DNA of 64,000 nt, taken from positions 8,387 to 72,386 of IMG/VR virus record IMGVR_UViG_3300047554_000527. One strand, written 5' to 3'. Source of the DNA: a virus. Its lineage: Duplodnaviria > Heunggongvirae > Uroviricota > Caudoviricetes. This document shows, in pieces, positions 1-8,188 of the stretch (positions are counted from its first letter, which is position 1; the number at the start of each line of letters is the position of its first letter). Both the position numbers and the translations under genes were made by a program. Below the pieces are notes generated by a model, which was not told where the DNA came from, ran no database searches, and was given only the letters and a program-made list of their open reading frames with translations.

Positions 1-23
1 TGCTGTAGTCATCCTAAAACTTT

Positions 24-101
24 TGGTACGGACACTGGGATTCGAACCCAGACTTGACAATGTTTAAGACTGTTGCCTGCTACCAATTGGGCTATGTCCG
101 C
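24..101 (-). tRNA. tRNA with anticodon UAA (Leu-decoding, codon TTA on + strand); class-I length (78 nt incl. CCA), no long variable arm
   Basis: rc GGTTCGAATCC T-loop at 35-51, 7-bp acceptor 28-34/95-101 (G1-U72), encoded CCA (tgg 24-26), A73; anticodon arm 57-73 hand-folded (ACAGU/AUUGU stem, loop CUUAAAC). Confidence 0.55.
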
Positions 102-110
102 ATTAAATGT

Positions 111-188
111 TGGTACCCTCGGTCGGATTCGAACCGACACTGTATGACTTCTAAGGCCACTGCCTGCTACCAATTGGGCTACGAGGGC
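111..188 (-). tRNA. tRNA with anticodon UAG (Leu-decoding, codon CTA); class-I length, D-arm identical to the previous tRNA
   Basis: T-arm 122-138, acceptor 115-121/182-188, CCA encoded, A73; anticodon stem GUGGC/GUCAU with two G-U pairs, loop CUUAGAA. Confidence 0.55.
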
Positions 189-198
189 ATAAATTGCT

Positions 199-276
199 TG
201 GTGCGGGGTAGGAGATTCGAACTCCTTCCTTCTGGGTGGAAGCCAGAGATGCTAAACCGTTGAACACTAACCACGC
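199..276 (-). tRNA. tRNA-Gly (UCC)
   Basis: T-arm 210-226, anticodon arm 231-247 (loop shows codon GGA on + strand), acceptor 203-209/270-276 with one U4-C69 mismatch, CCA encoded. Confidence 0.55.
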
Positions 277-359
277 ATTGTATTGGTTGCGGAGGAAGTA
301 TTCGAAACTTCTAATCCGGCTTATGAGGCCTTCATCTACCCTGACTCTCCGCGATAACT

Positions 360-453
360 TGGCAGTGACGGAGGGATTCGAACCCTCGAGCCCGGTTTTT
401 GCCGAACTGTCTTCTTAGCAGGAAGGTGATTTAAGCCTCTCATCCACGTCACT
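360..453 (-). tRNA. tRNA-Ser (GCU), type II (94 nt, long variable arm)
   Basis: T-arm 371-387, acceptor 364-370/447-453 perfect, codon AGC in loop 415-421, G73, CCA encoded. Confidence 0.6.
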
Positions 454-459
454 ATAATC

Positions 460-538
460 TGGTCTGGGTGGCAGGATTCGAACCTGCGACCTCCGACTTC
501 CAAGGCCGGCCGTCTGACCTGACTGACATTACACCCAG
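460..538 (-). tRNA. tRNA-Pro (UGG)
   Basis: T-arm 471-487, anticodon arm 493-509 (codon CCA in loop), acceptor 464-470/532-538, A73. Confidence 0.65.
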
Positions 539-545
539 ATTAACT

Positions 546-622
546 TGGTGCGGGGTACAGGGTTCGAACCTGCGACCTTCTGGTTGGCAACCAGATGCTC
601 TACCAAACTGAGCTAACCACGC
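546..622 (-). tRNA. tRNA-Gly (GCC)
   Basis: T-arm 557-573, perfect anticodon arm 579-595 (codon GGC), canonical D-arm GCTCAGTTTGGTAGAGC, acceptor 550-556/616-622 (one U-C mismatch, same as Gly-UCC copy). Confidence 0.65.
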
Positions 623-788
623 ATGAATAGGTTTTTGAGAGCCTAACTATCCTCCTGAGAGGACTCACTAGATTGTCTCGAATAGGCAAGTTTAACATAC
701 CGGCTTCAGTCAGACTATAGTGTCACCACAGTTAACCCCACTGTGGCTAGACTGGCAGGGACTCAAACCCATCGTCTATCTCAAAACT

Positions 789-866
789 TGGAATACCGGG
801 TGAGATTCGAACTCACGGTTTTGCGGATTTGCAATCCACTGCATTGGGCCTCTCTGCCACCGGTAC
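789..866 (-). tRNA. tRNA-Cys (GCA)
   Basis: T-arm 800-816, anticodon arm 823-839 (codon TGC), acceptor 793-799/860-866, U73 discriminator consistent with Cys. Confidence 0.6.
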
Positions 867-867
867 A

Positions 868-993
868 TAAAAAACAGGATACGGTCTTTAAGACGAATGC
901 TCTACCTAATGAGCTAATCACGCATGAAGCGTAATGTTGGAATCGAACCAACTACCTATCGTTTGATAGAATTTGCTGTAAGTATCCTTGAAC
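868..993 (-). pseudogene. degenerate tRNA-like fragments: a 5' half (acceptor+D-arm, + strand 899-923) and a separate 3' half (T-arm+acceptor, 928-952) without foldable anticodon arms
   Basis: 5' fragment GCGTGATTAGCTCATTAGGTAGAGCA closely matches the 5' end of the Gly-GCC tRNA; 3' fragment has GTTGG-TTCGATT-CCAAC T-arm and an acceptor strand ATTACGC perfectly complementary to the other fragment's GCGTGAT, but their order is permuted and no anticodon stem forms. Confidence 0.4.
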
Positions 994-1067
994 TGGCACA
1001 CCCCCAGGGACTCGAACCCCGACGAACAGTTTTGGAGACTGTCATGCTGCCATTACATTAGGGATGT
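994..1067 (-). tRNA. tRNA-Trp (CCA)
   Basis: T-arm 1005-1021, perfect anticodon arm 1026-1042 (codon TGG), acceptor 998-1004/1061-1067, G73, CCA encoded. Confidence 0.65.
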
Positions 1068-1073
1068 ATAATT

Positions 1074-1163
1074 TGGCCGAAGCGGTGAGATTCGAACTCA
1101 CGGACCTGTTTCCAAGCCGACGGTGTTCAAGACCGTTGCAATAAACCGCTCTACCACGCTTCG
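1074..1163 (-). tRNA. tRNA-Ser (UGA), type II (90 nt)
   Basis: T-arm 1085-1101, perfect anticodon arm 1120-1136 (codon TCA), acceptor 1078-1084/1157-1163 perfect, G73. Confidence 0.65.
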
Positions 1164-1170
1164 ATTAAAT

Positions 1171-1246
1171 TGGTGCCACAAGCTGGACTCGAACCAGCAA
1201 CACAAGAATTTTCAGTCCTCTGCTCTACCATTGGAGCTATTGTGGC
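1171..1246 (-). tRNA. tRNA-Phe (GAA)
   Basis: T-arm 1182-1198, anticodon arm 1204-1220 (codon TTC; two G-U pairs), canonical D-arm, acceptor 1175-1181/1240-1246 perfect, A73. Confidence 0.65.
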
Positions 1247-1258
1247 ATTAAACTTCTT

Positions 1259-1333
1259 TGGGGTGACCAACGGGATTTGAACCCGTACTGACAAGGTCAC
1301 AACATGTAGTGCTACCGATTACACTATGGCCAC
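1259..1333 (-). tRNA. tRNA-His (GUG), tentative
   Basis: T-arm 1270-1286, anticodon arm 1291-1307 with one mismatch (codon CAC), acceptor 1263-1269/1327-1333, C73 discriminator as expected for His; no encoded G-1. Confidence 0.5.
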
Positions 1334-1349
1334 ACCAAAGAAGTCTATT

Positions 1350-1426
1350 TGGCACCCGCGGAAGGATTCGAACCTCCGACTCCTACGTTCGTAGCGTAGT
1401 ACTCTAATCCACTGAGTTACGCGGGC
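1350..1426 (-). tRNA. tRNA-Arg (ACG)
   Basis: T-arm 1361-1377, perfect anticodon arm 1383-1399 (codon CGT), acceptor 1354-1360/1420-1426. Confidence 0.65.
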
Positions 1427-1435
1427 ATTAAAAAT

Positions 1436-1509
1436 TGGCACCCCTACTTGGAATCGAACCAAGGACGACGAGTTCAAAGCCCGTTGTGTTACCATTACAC
1501 CATAGAGGA
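1436..1509 (-). tRNA. tRNA-Gln (UUG)
   Basis: T-arm 1447-1463, anticodon arm 1468-1484 (codon CAA), acceptor 1440-1446/1503-1509 with unpaired U1-U72 and G73 (Gln-like identity). Confidence 0.55.
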
Positions 1510-1586
1510 ACAAAATAAACAGGTTGCTTTTTTACGGTTTAGATTAAAAGTCTAATGTAATATGTTTGCTGAACGCAACCTAAAAC

Positions 1587-1662
1587 TGGCACCATAGACG
1601 GGAATCGAACCCGCCGCTGCTTCATAGACAGTGAAGTATCACCCCCAGGTGGTCTCTATGGT
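1587..1662 (-). tRNA. tRNA-Asp (GUC)
   Basis: T-arm 1598-1614, perfect anticodon arm 1620-1636 (codon GAC), acceptor 1591-1597/1656-1662 perfect, G73. Confidence 0.6.
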
Positions 1663-1669
1663 ATAAAAC

Positions 1670-1744
1670 TGGAGCTCCGTGACGGACTCGAACCGCCATC
1701 GCCGGACTACAAAACCGGAATTCTAGCCTTTGAAATAACAGAGC
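1670..1744 (-). tRNA. tRNA-Thr (UGU)
   Basis: T-arm 1681-1697, anticodon arm 1702-1718 (codon ACA; 31-39 mismatch), acceptor 1674-1680/1738-1744. Confidence 0.55.
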
Positions 1745-1750
1745 ATAAAT

Positions 1751-1825
1751 TGGTATCGCGTACGGGAATCGAACCCGTCTCTTTGGCTTGAAGGGCCAAG
1801 GACCTACCCAGAAGTCCAACGCGAT
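1751..1825 (-). tRNA. tRNA-Glu (UUC), tentative (C instead of U at position 33)
   Basis: T-arm 1762-1778 perfect, perfect anticodon stem 1783-1787/1795-1799 (codon GAA), acceptor 1755-1761/1819-1825 perfect. Confidence 0.5.
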
Positions 1826-1831
1826 ATAAAT

Positions 1832-1907
1832 TGGTGGAAGCCGAGGGAATCGAACCCTTCTAGACAGGAATCTTGCAAGGATACCCCGTAGCCCACTACT
1901 GCCCCCA
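1832..1907 (-). tRNA. tRNA-like gene, isotype undetermined (canonical T-arm, acceptor 3' strand and CCA, but no canonical anticodon/D arms by hand)
   Basis: T-arm 1843-1859 with AATCGAA loop, tgg 1832-1834; 5' portion (GGGGGCAGTAGTGGGCTACGGGGTATCCTTGCAAG...) does not fold canonically. Confidence 0.3.
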
Positions 1908-2334
1908 ATTAAAAAACACACTATTGAGAATTCAACTCAAGTCCGCCTAGCGGTACGACGCTGTTAGTATGTTTGTTAATTGGCTCCGTATCTGGGTAAC
2001 GATCCCAGCTAATCATTGATTAACAGTCAAGTCCGTGCACCATGCTCGAATTCTACGGAATATAAATCTTGTAGGCTACGCTTTTCCAATTCGCCCCTAC
2101 TTGAGTTGCTCTGCTCTGTCACTGTGTTTTATTCTCTGCCTAGTTACAGTTCTAGTCAGCGGTTCGAGGTGTTTTTATTTGTAACACCTTACCTTCTCGG
2201 GTCACCGCCCCCGGCCTTGACGCTGAGGCTTGCGACACAGATTCGTTCTGTGCTGACGGGATTAAACAGGATAGCTTTTGTCGCTAGACAACCAAAAAGT
2301 TTAGCTTTGAAATTTGCTGTAACTATCCTAAAAC

Positions 2335-2408
2335 TGGTTCCTCCAACAAGAATCGAACTTGTAATGACCGGTTATCAGCCGATTGTTATACCATTTAACT
2401 ATAGAGGA
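2335..2408 (-). tRNA. tRNA-Ile (GAU)
   Basis: T-arm 2346-2362 perfect, anticodon arm 2367-2383 (codon ATC), D-arm GTTA/TAAC, acceptor 2339-2345/2402-2408, A73. Confidence 0.6.
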
Positions 2409-2414
2409 ATAATT

Positions 2415-2501
2415 TGGTGGAACCCCAAGGAATCGAACCTCTTGCCACCACCCACCTTATTATGGCTACGATTTTACAGACCGCAAGCGGGAAAGGGCTC
2501 C
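2415..2501 (-). tRNA. tRNA-Tyr (GUA), type II (87 nt)
   Basis: T-arm around 2426-2442, anticodon loop CUGUAAA (codon TAC at 2473-2479) with GCGGU/AUCGU stem, acceptor 2419-2425/2495-2501, A73. Confidence 0.55.
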
Positions 2502-2929
2502 AAAATTTGTAACACACTCCCCGCTATGCGTTCCGGTCTTGCGTCAGAAGCAAGTGGTAGGGAATGTGTGTATTAAAAAGCACTACTCATCTGCTCGCGC
2601 AATTTGACTGTTCGGCAGTGCTCTTTAATACGCTACCTTTTATACTCTGCTGTTATCGCCAGCATTTCATCCGGTAGGCCGCCCGTTCGCTCCATGTTTT
2701 ACGTGCAGAGCGTGGTCCTCGTTACCACATATTCACACGTTTGCGTTAATCTGCGAGCAAAGCTCGAGTGTCACGCTGTCTTACAGAAAGACTATAAAAT
2801 CTAGCTCTCTCCATCTTTTCCTTAACAAGTTTAGAAAACTCATCTTGGGACAGAGTATGCTGTTTCATAAATTCTTCCTGCTTTACTTTGTCTTTTAAAT
2901 CAGTTTCTTTCATTTTTCCTTTCGGCAAA

Positions 2930-2966
2930 CAAAAACCCCAGGGTGTTTAGTCCTGGGGTCCTTTTG
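2930..2966 (-). terminator. rho-independent terminator (minus strand; hairpin CCCCAGGG/CCTGGGG followed by U-run)
   Basis: perfect 7-8 bp GC stem 2936-2943/2952-2958 flanked by A-run (2930-2935) on + strand = U-run on minus; downstream of methyltransferase gene. Confidence 0.6.
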
Positions 2967-3299
2967 AATAAGTTTCGGATACTTGTTATGCGTATCCGGC
3001 TCCTTCTCGGGACCCCTGGGTAATCTCTGGTGTGCGATCACTTTTATTTGACAGAGCATTCGCAGACCAATAGGTGGGCATAAAGCCGCCTTGTTGGGCC
3101 ACACAATGTAATCTACCAAATATGTTCGCAGTTTTCATTTGCTTTGATCTACCTTAAAAATTCTTTACATTGACAGCACCATTGCTGCCTATGTGTTAAT
3201 TGTACAGTTATTTAGTTCTGTTGTCAAGTACTATTTGCAATTTTGAGCAAAAAGTTTTTAACAACTGTTCTAACTAACTATGCCTCTATTGTATATTGT

Positions 3300-3929
3300 T
3301 TATTTAGTCTCGTCAAGATCTTTCTGTTGTTTTTTGGCAACTTTTTGAAGAATCACTAACGAATCTACTTGTAACACTTTAGTATAACCCAGGCTTACTA
3401 ATCTTTCAACTTCGATTTCGACTCCAGGCCATCTTAGGTTATGCGCCAAATGTAGCCAAGGTCGGCAGTCGTGTAGTGCAATTATACCATCGTCCTTTAA
3501 AAATTGCAACCAATAATTTAAATTTAGAGGAAGTCCTTGAACCGTGTGATCGCCGTCGTCAAACAACAGATCAATTGGATCACCTTGCCATTTAAATGAT
3601 CCGGGCAATCTAGGCAAAGACCTCCGTAGTTCTATATTTTGGTAAGAATTAGTTACTTTACTCACCGACTCTAGTGTTCGTTCTACTCCTGCTCCTAATG
3701 CTTTTTCAACTAGGCTTGTTCCAAAAAATGGATCTGAATCTTGTCCGTTATATAAATCGTATGTGAAAATTTTAATTGCAGGATTTGCTTCCGCCATAAT
3801 AGATGCGCTACCACCTAAGTAAGTTCCTACTTCGACTACAACAGAGGCCGGTGCTAGATCTTTTGCGAGTTTCCTTAGAAGAGACTTTTCGGCAATAGAC
3901 ATTAAACTAAATTCGTGATTTGGACTCAT
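3300..3929 (-). CDS. class I SAM-dependent methyltransferase (sugar O-methyltransferase-like)
   Basis: motif VVEVGTYLGGSA resembles Rossmann motif I of SAM MTases; sits beside sugar-modification operon. Confidence 0.45.
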   Translation of the reverse strand: MSPNHEFSLMSIAEKSLLRKLAKDLAPASVVVEVGTYLGGSASIMAEANPAIKIFTYDLYNGQDSDPFFGTSLVEKALGAGVERTLESVSKVTNSYQNIELRRSLPRLPGSFKWQGDPIDLLFDDGDHTVQGLPLNLNYWLQFLKDDGIIALHDCRPWLHLAHNLRWPGVEIEVERLVSLGYTKVLQVDSLVILQKVAKKQQKDLDETK

Positions 3930-3950
3930 GAATCTATTTATTGGACAAGG

Positions 3951-3978
3951 TTGCAGTATTAATTAAATACAGCTATAA
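3951..3978 (+). promoter_or_regulatory. sigma70-like early promoter candidate (TTGCAG-16 nt-TATAAT) upstream of + strand sugar operon
   Basis: -35 TTGCAG 3951-3956, -10 TATAAT 3973-3978, immediately upstream of ATG 3990 (very short leader). Confidence 0.3.
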
Positions 3979-3989
3979 TTTTAAGACCT

Positions 3990-4799
3990 ATGAAAAATAC
4001 AAACTATATTACACACTCAACATTCGGTGATATTGTTTATAGTCTTTGCGTTATGCGTATGATTGGTCCAGGCGACCTATATGTAAGACTAAACTATCAT
4101 GATGAATTTGCACAAAAGGTATTAGGGTGGCCTAACGCAGGTCCTGCTAGTGGCAGACTAACACAAAAAGATTTTGAAATCGTTGCTCCTTTACTTGAAG
4201 CACAGGATTTTATTGGTAAGGTTGCAGTATGGGCAGGAGAAGAAGACAGTTACCCACAACTGTTAGATCACTGGAAGATGCACTTACCTAGAGGTTGGCA
4301 AGGAAACCAAACTGAATGTTATGCGCTAACAATGGGGTGGGACATACACAATCCCGAGATCAAAAAGAAGCTGTTACATGATGCTTGGCTAACACCTGTT
4401 GATCCTATTCGAATACCCGGAAAGACTGTAGTAGTGAATAGAACTACACGCCACTTACACGGAGCAGAAGCAGGCGAGGGATGGATTGAACAAGGATTCA
4501 TTGAAAAGGGCATCGGAGATTGCGGAGTCTTTGTAGGTACAGCAGAAGAACATGCTGCCTGGGAAGAAAACTTCAAAACAAAAATACACTATCACAAAAC
4601 AGAAGATCTACTAGAAGTTGCAAGACTTATACAAGGTTGCGAGATGTTTATTGGCAATCAAAGCTCTGCCCTAAGTATTGCAGTAGGTCTGGGCAAAACA
4701 TACTGGTGTGAAGTTCGTGCAGATTACGAACGCACACGCACACCGCACGGTGGCTATGGAGACACATGGTTTCCTAGAGCAAACGGATTCTATTTTTAA
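3990..4799 (+). CDS. putative glycosyltransferase (GT9 heptosyltransferase-like C-terminal region)
   Basis: 269 aa; weak similarity pattern to GT-B fold heptosyltransferases; first gene of co-directional sugar operon. Confidence 0.35.
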   Translation: MKNTNYITHSTFGDIVYSLCVMRMIGPGDLYVRLNYHDEFAQKVLGWPNAGPASGRLTQKDFEIVAPLLEAQDFIGKVAVWAGEEDSYPQLLDHWKMHLPRGWQGNQTECYALTMGWDIHNPEIKKKLLHDAWLTPVDPIRIPGKTVVVNRTTRHLHGAEAGEGWIEQGFIEKGIGDCGVFVGTAEEHAAWEENFKTKIHYHKTEDLLEVARLIQGCEMFIGNQSSALSIAVGLGKTYWCEVRADYERTRTPHGGYGDTWFPRANGFYF

Positions 4800-4807
4800 G
4801 GACATAT

Positions 4808-5452
4808 ATGTACGCTGTTGTTAGCTTAAACGACGAAAAGTATCAGCCTTTAGCTGATTTAACTTGGACACAAAACAAACAAATCTACTGCAAACGACAC
4901 GGGTACGCAGGTATTAACAAGACTTCCGGATTTAGAGGCGGCATTCCAATTGGGTTTGAAAAGATTGTATTCTTACAAGATCTGCTTAATGAACGCAAGG
5001 ACATCGAGTGGGTTTGGTGGACTGGATCAGATGCTATGATCACCAATCACACTATTAAAATTGAAGACAAGATCATTCCAGAATACGATCTAATTATTGC
5101 CACAGACTGCAATGAAATCAACAATGATAGTTTCTTACTTAAAAACAGCGAATGGTCTAGAAACTATCTTGCACACATTATGGAAGTAATGCCGCAGTAC
5201 AAAAATCATTATTTCTACGAACAGCAGGCTATGATTGACAGCATTCCTGCTAACAAAGACAAAATTAAGATTGTTCCACAACGTTATCTAAATGCTTACA
5301 AGAACGATCTATATCCACATCAAAGCAAATACGATTTACTAGGCAACGACGGAACTTGGCAAAAAGGTGATTGGTTAATCCACTGGCCTGGAACTAGTTT
5401 AGACCTACGCCTACAACTTGCTAGACATTTCCTAAACGAAGTTGTACAATAA
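4808..5452 (+). CDS. putative nucleotide-sugar glycosyltransferase (GT34/GMA12-like?)
   Basis: 214 aa, D-x-D-like acidic motifs, operon context. Confidence 0.3.
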   Translation: MYAVVSLNDEKYQPLADLTWTQNKQIYCKRHGYAGINKTSGFRGGIPIGFEKIVFLQDLLNERKDIEWVWWTGSDAMITNHTIKIEDKIIPEYDLIIATDCNEINNDSFLLKNSEWSRNYLAHIMEVMPQYKNHYFYEQQAMIDSIPANKDKIKIVPQRYLNAYKNDLYPHQSKYDLLGNDGTWQKGDWLIHWPGTSLDLRLQLARHFLNEVVQ

Positions 5453-5455
5453 CAT

Positions 5456-6775
5456 ATGAAAGAAATCTTAGACCAAATCCGCGTTCTCATCGAAGAACGC
5501 CAAAAAAACAAAACATGGACTGCCGGCAAGGACTTTGTCAATTATGCAGGACCTCACTTTACAGCAGACGAGTATGTAGCAGCCGCAGAAAGCCTTTTAG
5601 GCGGTTGGCTTGTTATGGGTGACAAAAGCCTTAAGTTTGAACGTGAGTTTCCTAAACAATTTGGCAAACTAAACGGCATACTTACTAACAGTGGAAGCTC
5701 TAGCAATCTGCTAATGATGGCTAGCTTGACCAGCAAGCGAGGACACAACTTGCCCAAAGGTACTAAAGTATTAATGCCTATCGCAGGATTCCCTACCACA
5801 CTCAATCCTACACTACAGATGGGTTTTGAACCTGTGTTTGTAGATATCGAGTTAAGTACCTTAAACTTAGACTTAGATCAAGTCGAAAAGGCACTCTCAG
5901 AAAACCCAGACATTCGTGTAATCACTTTTGCACACGTACTAGGTAATCCGCCCGACATGGACAGACTGATGGAATTAGTTAAGAAACATGATCTTATCTT
6001 GCTTGAAGACTGTTGTGATGCACTAGGCAGTACCTATGACGGTAAGCCGTTAGGCTCGTTCGGTGAAATGGCGTCGTGCAGTTTCTATCCTGCACACCAT
6101 ATGACTATGGGGGAAGGCGGATATGTTGCCTGTAATACATACGAGCAAGAAGTTATCCTACGTTCGTTCCGTGAATGGGGCCGTGGATGCTACTGTGTAG
6201 GGCCAGAAGCTAACAAACTAAAGTGCGGTAGCTGTGGCAAGCGTTTCCAAGAATGGATTCCTACAATGCCCGGCGAAATCTTTGACCACAAATACGTCTA
6301 TGACGAAATTGGTTACAACTTAAAGCCTATCGAAATACAAGGCGCAATGGGATTAGTCCAGCTTGAGAAGCTAGATGAGATCCACAGACTACGTAAAAGG
6401 AATTATGCATTACTATTTGAGATCTACAGCAAGTATGAGGATTACTTCTATCTACCTCGTCCGCAAGCGAAAGCAGATCCTAGTTGGTTTGCCTTCCCGC
6501 TAACCATTAGAGAGAATGCTCCATTCAAGAGAGCAGACATTGTCGATTACCTAGAAGAAAATCTAATTCAAACTCGTCCATACTTTGCAGGCAACATTAT
6601 GTTGCAACCTGCTTACAGTCACATTATGGACCCTCAAAAGGCTAAAGACAACTTTCCAGTTGCTACGCTGACTATGACTAATACCTACTTCCATGGTACT
6701 AGTCCTGTTATTACTCCTGAACAGATTGCCTACATTGGAAAAACTGTTGATGGGTTTATGAGTCTATTTGTATGA
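5456..6775 (+). CDS. DegT/DnrJ/EryC1/StrS-family PLP enzyme, RfbH/DdhC-like (CDP-4-keto-6-deoxyglucose 3-dehydratase-like)
   Basis: 439 aa with insertions typical of RfbH relative to plain DegT aminotransferases; N-terminal ...GGWLVMGDK... segment. Confidence 0.6.
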   Translation: MKEILDQIRVLIEERQKNKTWTAGKDFVNYAGPHFTADEYVAAAESLLGGWLVMGDKSLKFEREFPKQFGKLNGILTNSGSSSNLLMMASLTSKRGHNLPKGTKVLMPIAGFPTTLNPTLQMGFEPVFVDIELSTLNLDLDQVEKALSENPDIRVITFAHVLGNPPDMDRLMELVKKHDLILLEDCCDALGSTYDGKPLGSFGEMASCSFYPAHHMTMGEGGYVACNTYEQEVILRSFREWGRGCYCVGPEANKLKCGSCGKRFQEWIPTMPGEIFDHKYVYDEIGYNLKPIEIQGAMGLVQLEKLDEIHRLRKRNYALLFEIYSKYEDYFYLPRPQAKADPSWFAFPLTIRENAPFKRADIVDYLEENLIQTRPYFAGNIMLQPAYSHIMDPQKAKDNFPVATLTMTNTYFHGTSPVITPEQIAYIGKTVDGFMSLFV

Positions 6776-7587
6776 AAATATTTGTTACAGGCAGCACAGG
6801 GTTCATAGGACAGAACCTTGTGCAATTTTACAAAGGTCATGAAATCTTTGAATTTAAAAGATACATGGATCTTGGTGCAAAGTTATATTATTTTAAGCCA
6901 GACCTTATTATAAATTGTGCTGCCGAAATATATGACAAAGACAGCATGTGGCATGTTAATGTTGAAATGACTAGAGAGTGTCTAGAATACTGTAAAGAAT
7001 ATCCTAACACTAAAATGATTCATCTCGGATCAAGTTCAGAGTACGGTTATGATTATAGTCGTGCTACTATGGAAACGGATGCTATCAATCCAGTAGATAT
7101 GTATGCAGGAACTAAAGGTATTGCTACAACACTGTGTCAGACATACGGTCATGTATATAAGACTGATGTTGTAACACTTAGACCCTATAGCCCTTATGGA
7201 CCAGGCGAGCGTCCTCATAGATTGTTTCCTAACCTATGGCGTAGTTTTAAATTAAATCGTCCAATGGACCTTGTATTAGGTGTTCATGATTTCTGTTATA
7301 TAGATGACTTTGTCGATGCTGTGGATATTATTGTAAAGAGTGATCGCAGGCACCCGGGTGAAGTAATCAATGTCAGTTCAGGAATTCAAACATCTAACGT
7401 AGAAGTATTAGAAGCATTTAGGAAAGTTACAGGTCTAACAGGCAATGTTAATATAGTCAATAAGTTTGTAACACCTACTGTATGGCGCTGTGACAACACA
7501 AAGATTAAACTTCGTTACGGTTGGAGTCCTAAAACTTCCATCGAACAAGGTATTAAATTATTTTTAGAAAGAGCAAATTATGAATGA
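6772..7587 (+). CDS. NAD-dependent epimerase/dehydratase family protein
   Basis: N-terminal VTGSTGFIGQNL Rossmann motif; ATGA start/stop overlap with upstream gene. Confidence 0.6.
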   Translation: MKIFVTGSTGFIGQNLVQFYKGHEIFEFKRYMDLGAKLYYFKPDLIINCAAEIYDKDSMWHVNVEMTRECLEYCKEYPNTKMIHLGSSSEYGYDYSRATMETDAINPVDMYAGTKGIATTLCQTYGHVYKTDVVTLRPYSPYGPGERPHRLFPNLWRSFKLNRPMDLVLGVHDFCYIDDFVDAVDIIVKSDRRHPGEVINVSSGIQTSNVEVLEAFRKVTGLTGNVNIVNKFVTPTVWRCDNTKIKLRYGWSPKTSIEQGIKLFLERANYE

Positions 7588-8188
7588 TGTTGAACGCAGA
7601 GTCGTTGATATCAGTTACAAAGAAAAAATAGGACACCTTAGTTCTAATCTTAATGCTGTTAATATCATCGAAGAAATTTATAAAACAAAAAAGTCCGGTG
7701 ATCCTTTTATCCTAAGTTCAGGTCATGCTGCTCTTGCACTATATGTTGTGCTAGAAAAATACGAGGGTCAAGATGCTGAAAAACTTTTTTACAAGCACGG
7801 AGTACATCCTCACCGAGATCTAGGTTCAGGCATTCATTGCAGTACAGGCAGTCTCGGAATGGGTCTTACAGTAGCCACAGGCTATGCACTAGCAGATAGA
7901 ACAAGAGATGTTTATTGTTTAATCAGCGACGGTGAAGCAGGAGAAGGATCAATTTGGGAAGCACTACGATTTGCTTATGAAGCAAAACTAGATAACCTAA
8001 AAGTATATGCTAACGTAAATGGTATGATTGCCTATGATATGATTGATAGAGAATATATCAATACTAGACTAAAAGCATTCCTGCCCAACATTAGAATTAG
8101 AAATACAGAACCTCCTAAGTGGCCTTTTGCCGAAGGTATCTTAACTCACTACTATGTATTAAAGCCAGAGGACTACGAATCACTATGA
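7580..8188 (+). CDS. transketolase N-terminal subunit (ThDP-binding)
   Basis: motif LISDGEAGEGSIWEA (TPP-binding GDG-type), 202 aa split-transketolase arrangement. Confidence 0.6.
   Translation: MNDVERRVVDISYKEKIGHLSSNLNAVNIIEEIYKTKKSGDPFILSSGHAALALYVVLEKYEGQDAEKLFYKHGVHPHRDLGSGIHCSTGSLGMGLTVATGYALADRTRDVYCLISDGEAGEGSIWEALRFAYEAKLDNLKVYANVNGMIAYDMIDREYINTRLKAFLPNIRIRNTEPPKWPFAEGILTHYYVLKPEDYESL

Noticed and set aside
625-790. Possible additional tRNA around the T-loop-like motif GGGACTCAAACCC (756-772)
   Set aside because: No complementary T-stem, acceptor or anticodon stems could be built. It is treated as a spacer with at most a decayed tRNA remnant; the nearby inverted repeat CCACAGT/ACTGTGG looks like a processing hairpin
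1920-2334. Group I intron interrupting a tRNA gene in the array
   Set aside because: No flanking exon halves with complementary acceptor strands were found on either side of the gap, and P/Q/R/S-like core motifs are not obvious by eye. It is kept only as an unexplained structured spacer
2016-2576. 186-aa + strand ORF in the six-frame track
   Set aside because: It runs antisense through the tRNA-Ile and tRNA-Tyr genes and the structured spacer. It has Ser/Leu-rich low-complexity translation and no RBS, so it is a spurious ORF
8119-8184. N-terminal extension of the transketolase C-subunit ORF
   Set aside because: ATG at 8185 overlaps the upstream stop (ATGA) and begins the conserved MRNLFGELL sequence. 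The upstream 22 codons overlap the previous gene's C-terminus in another frame
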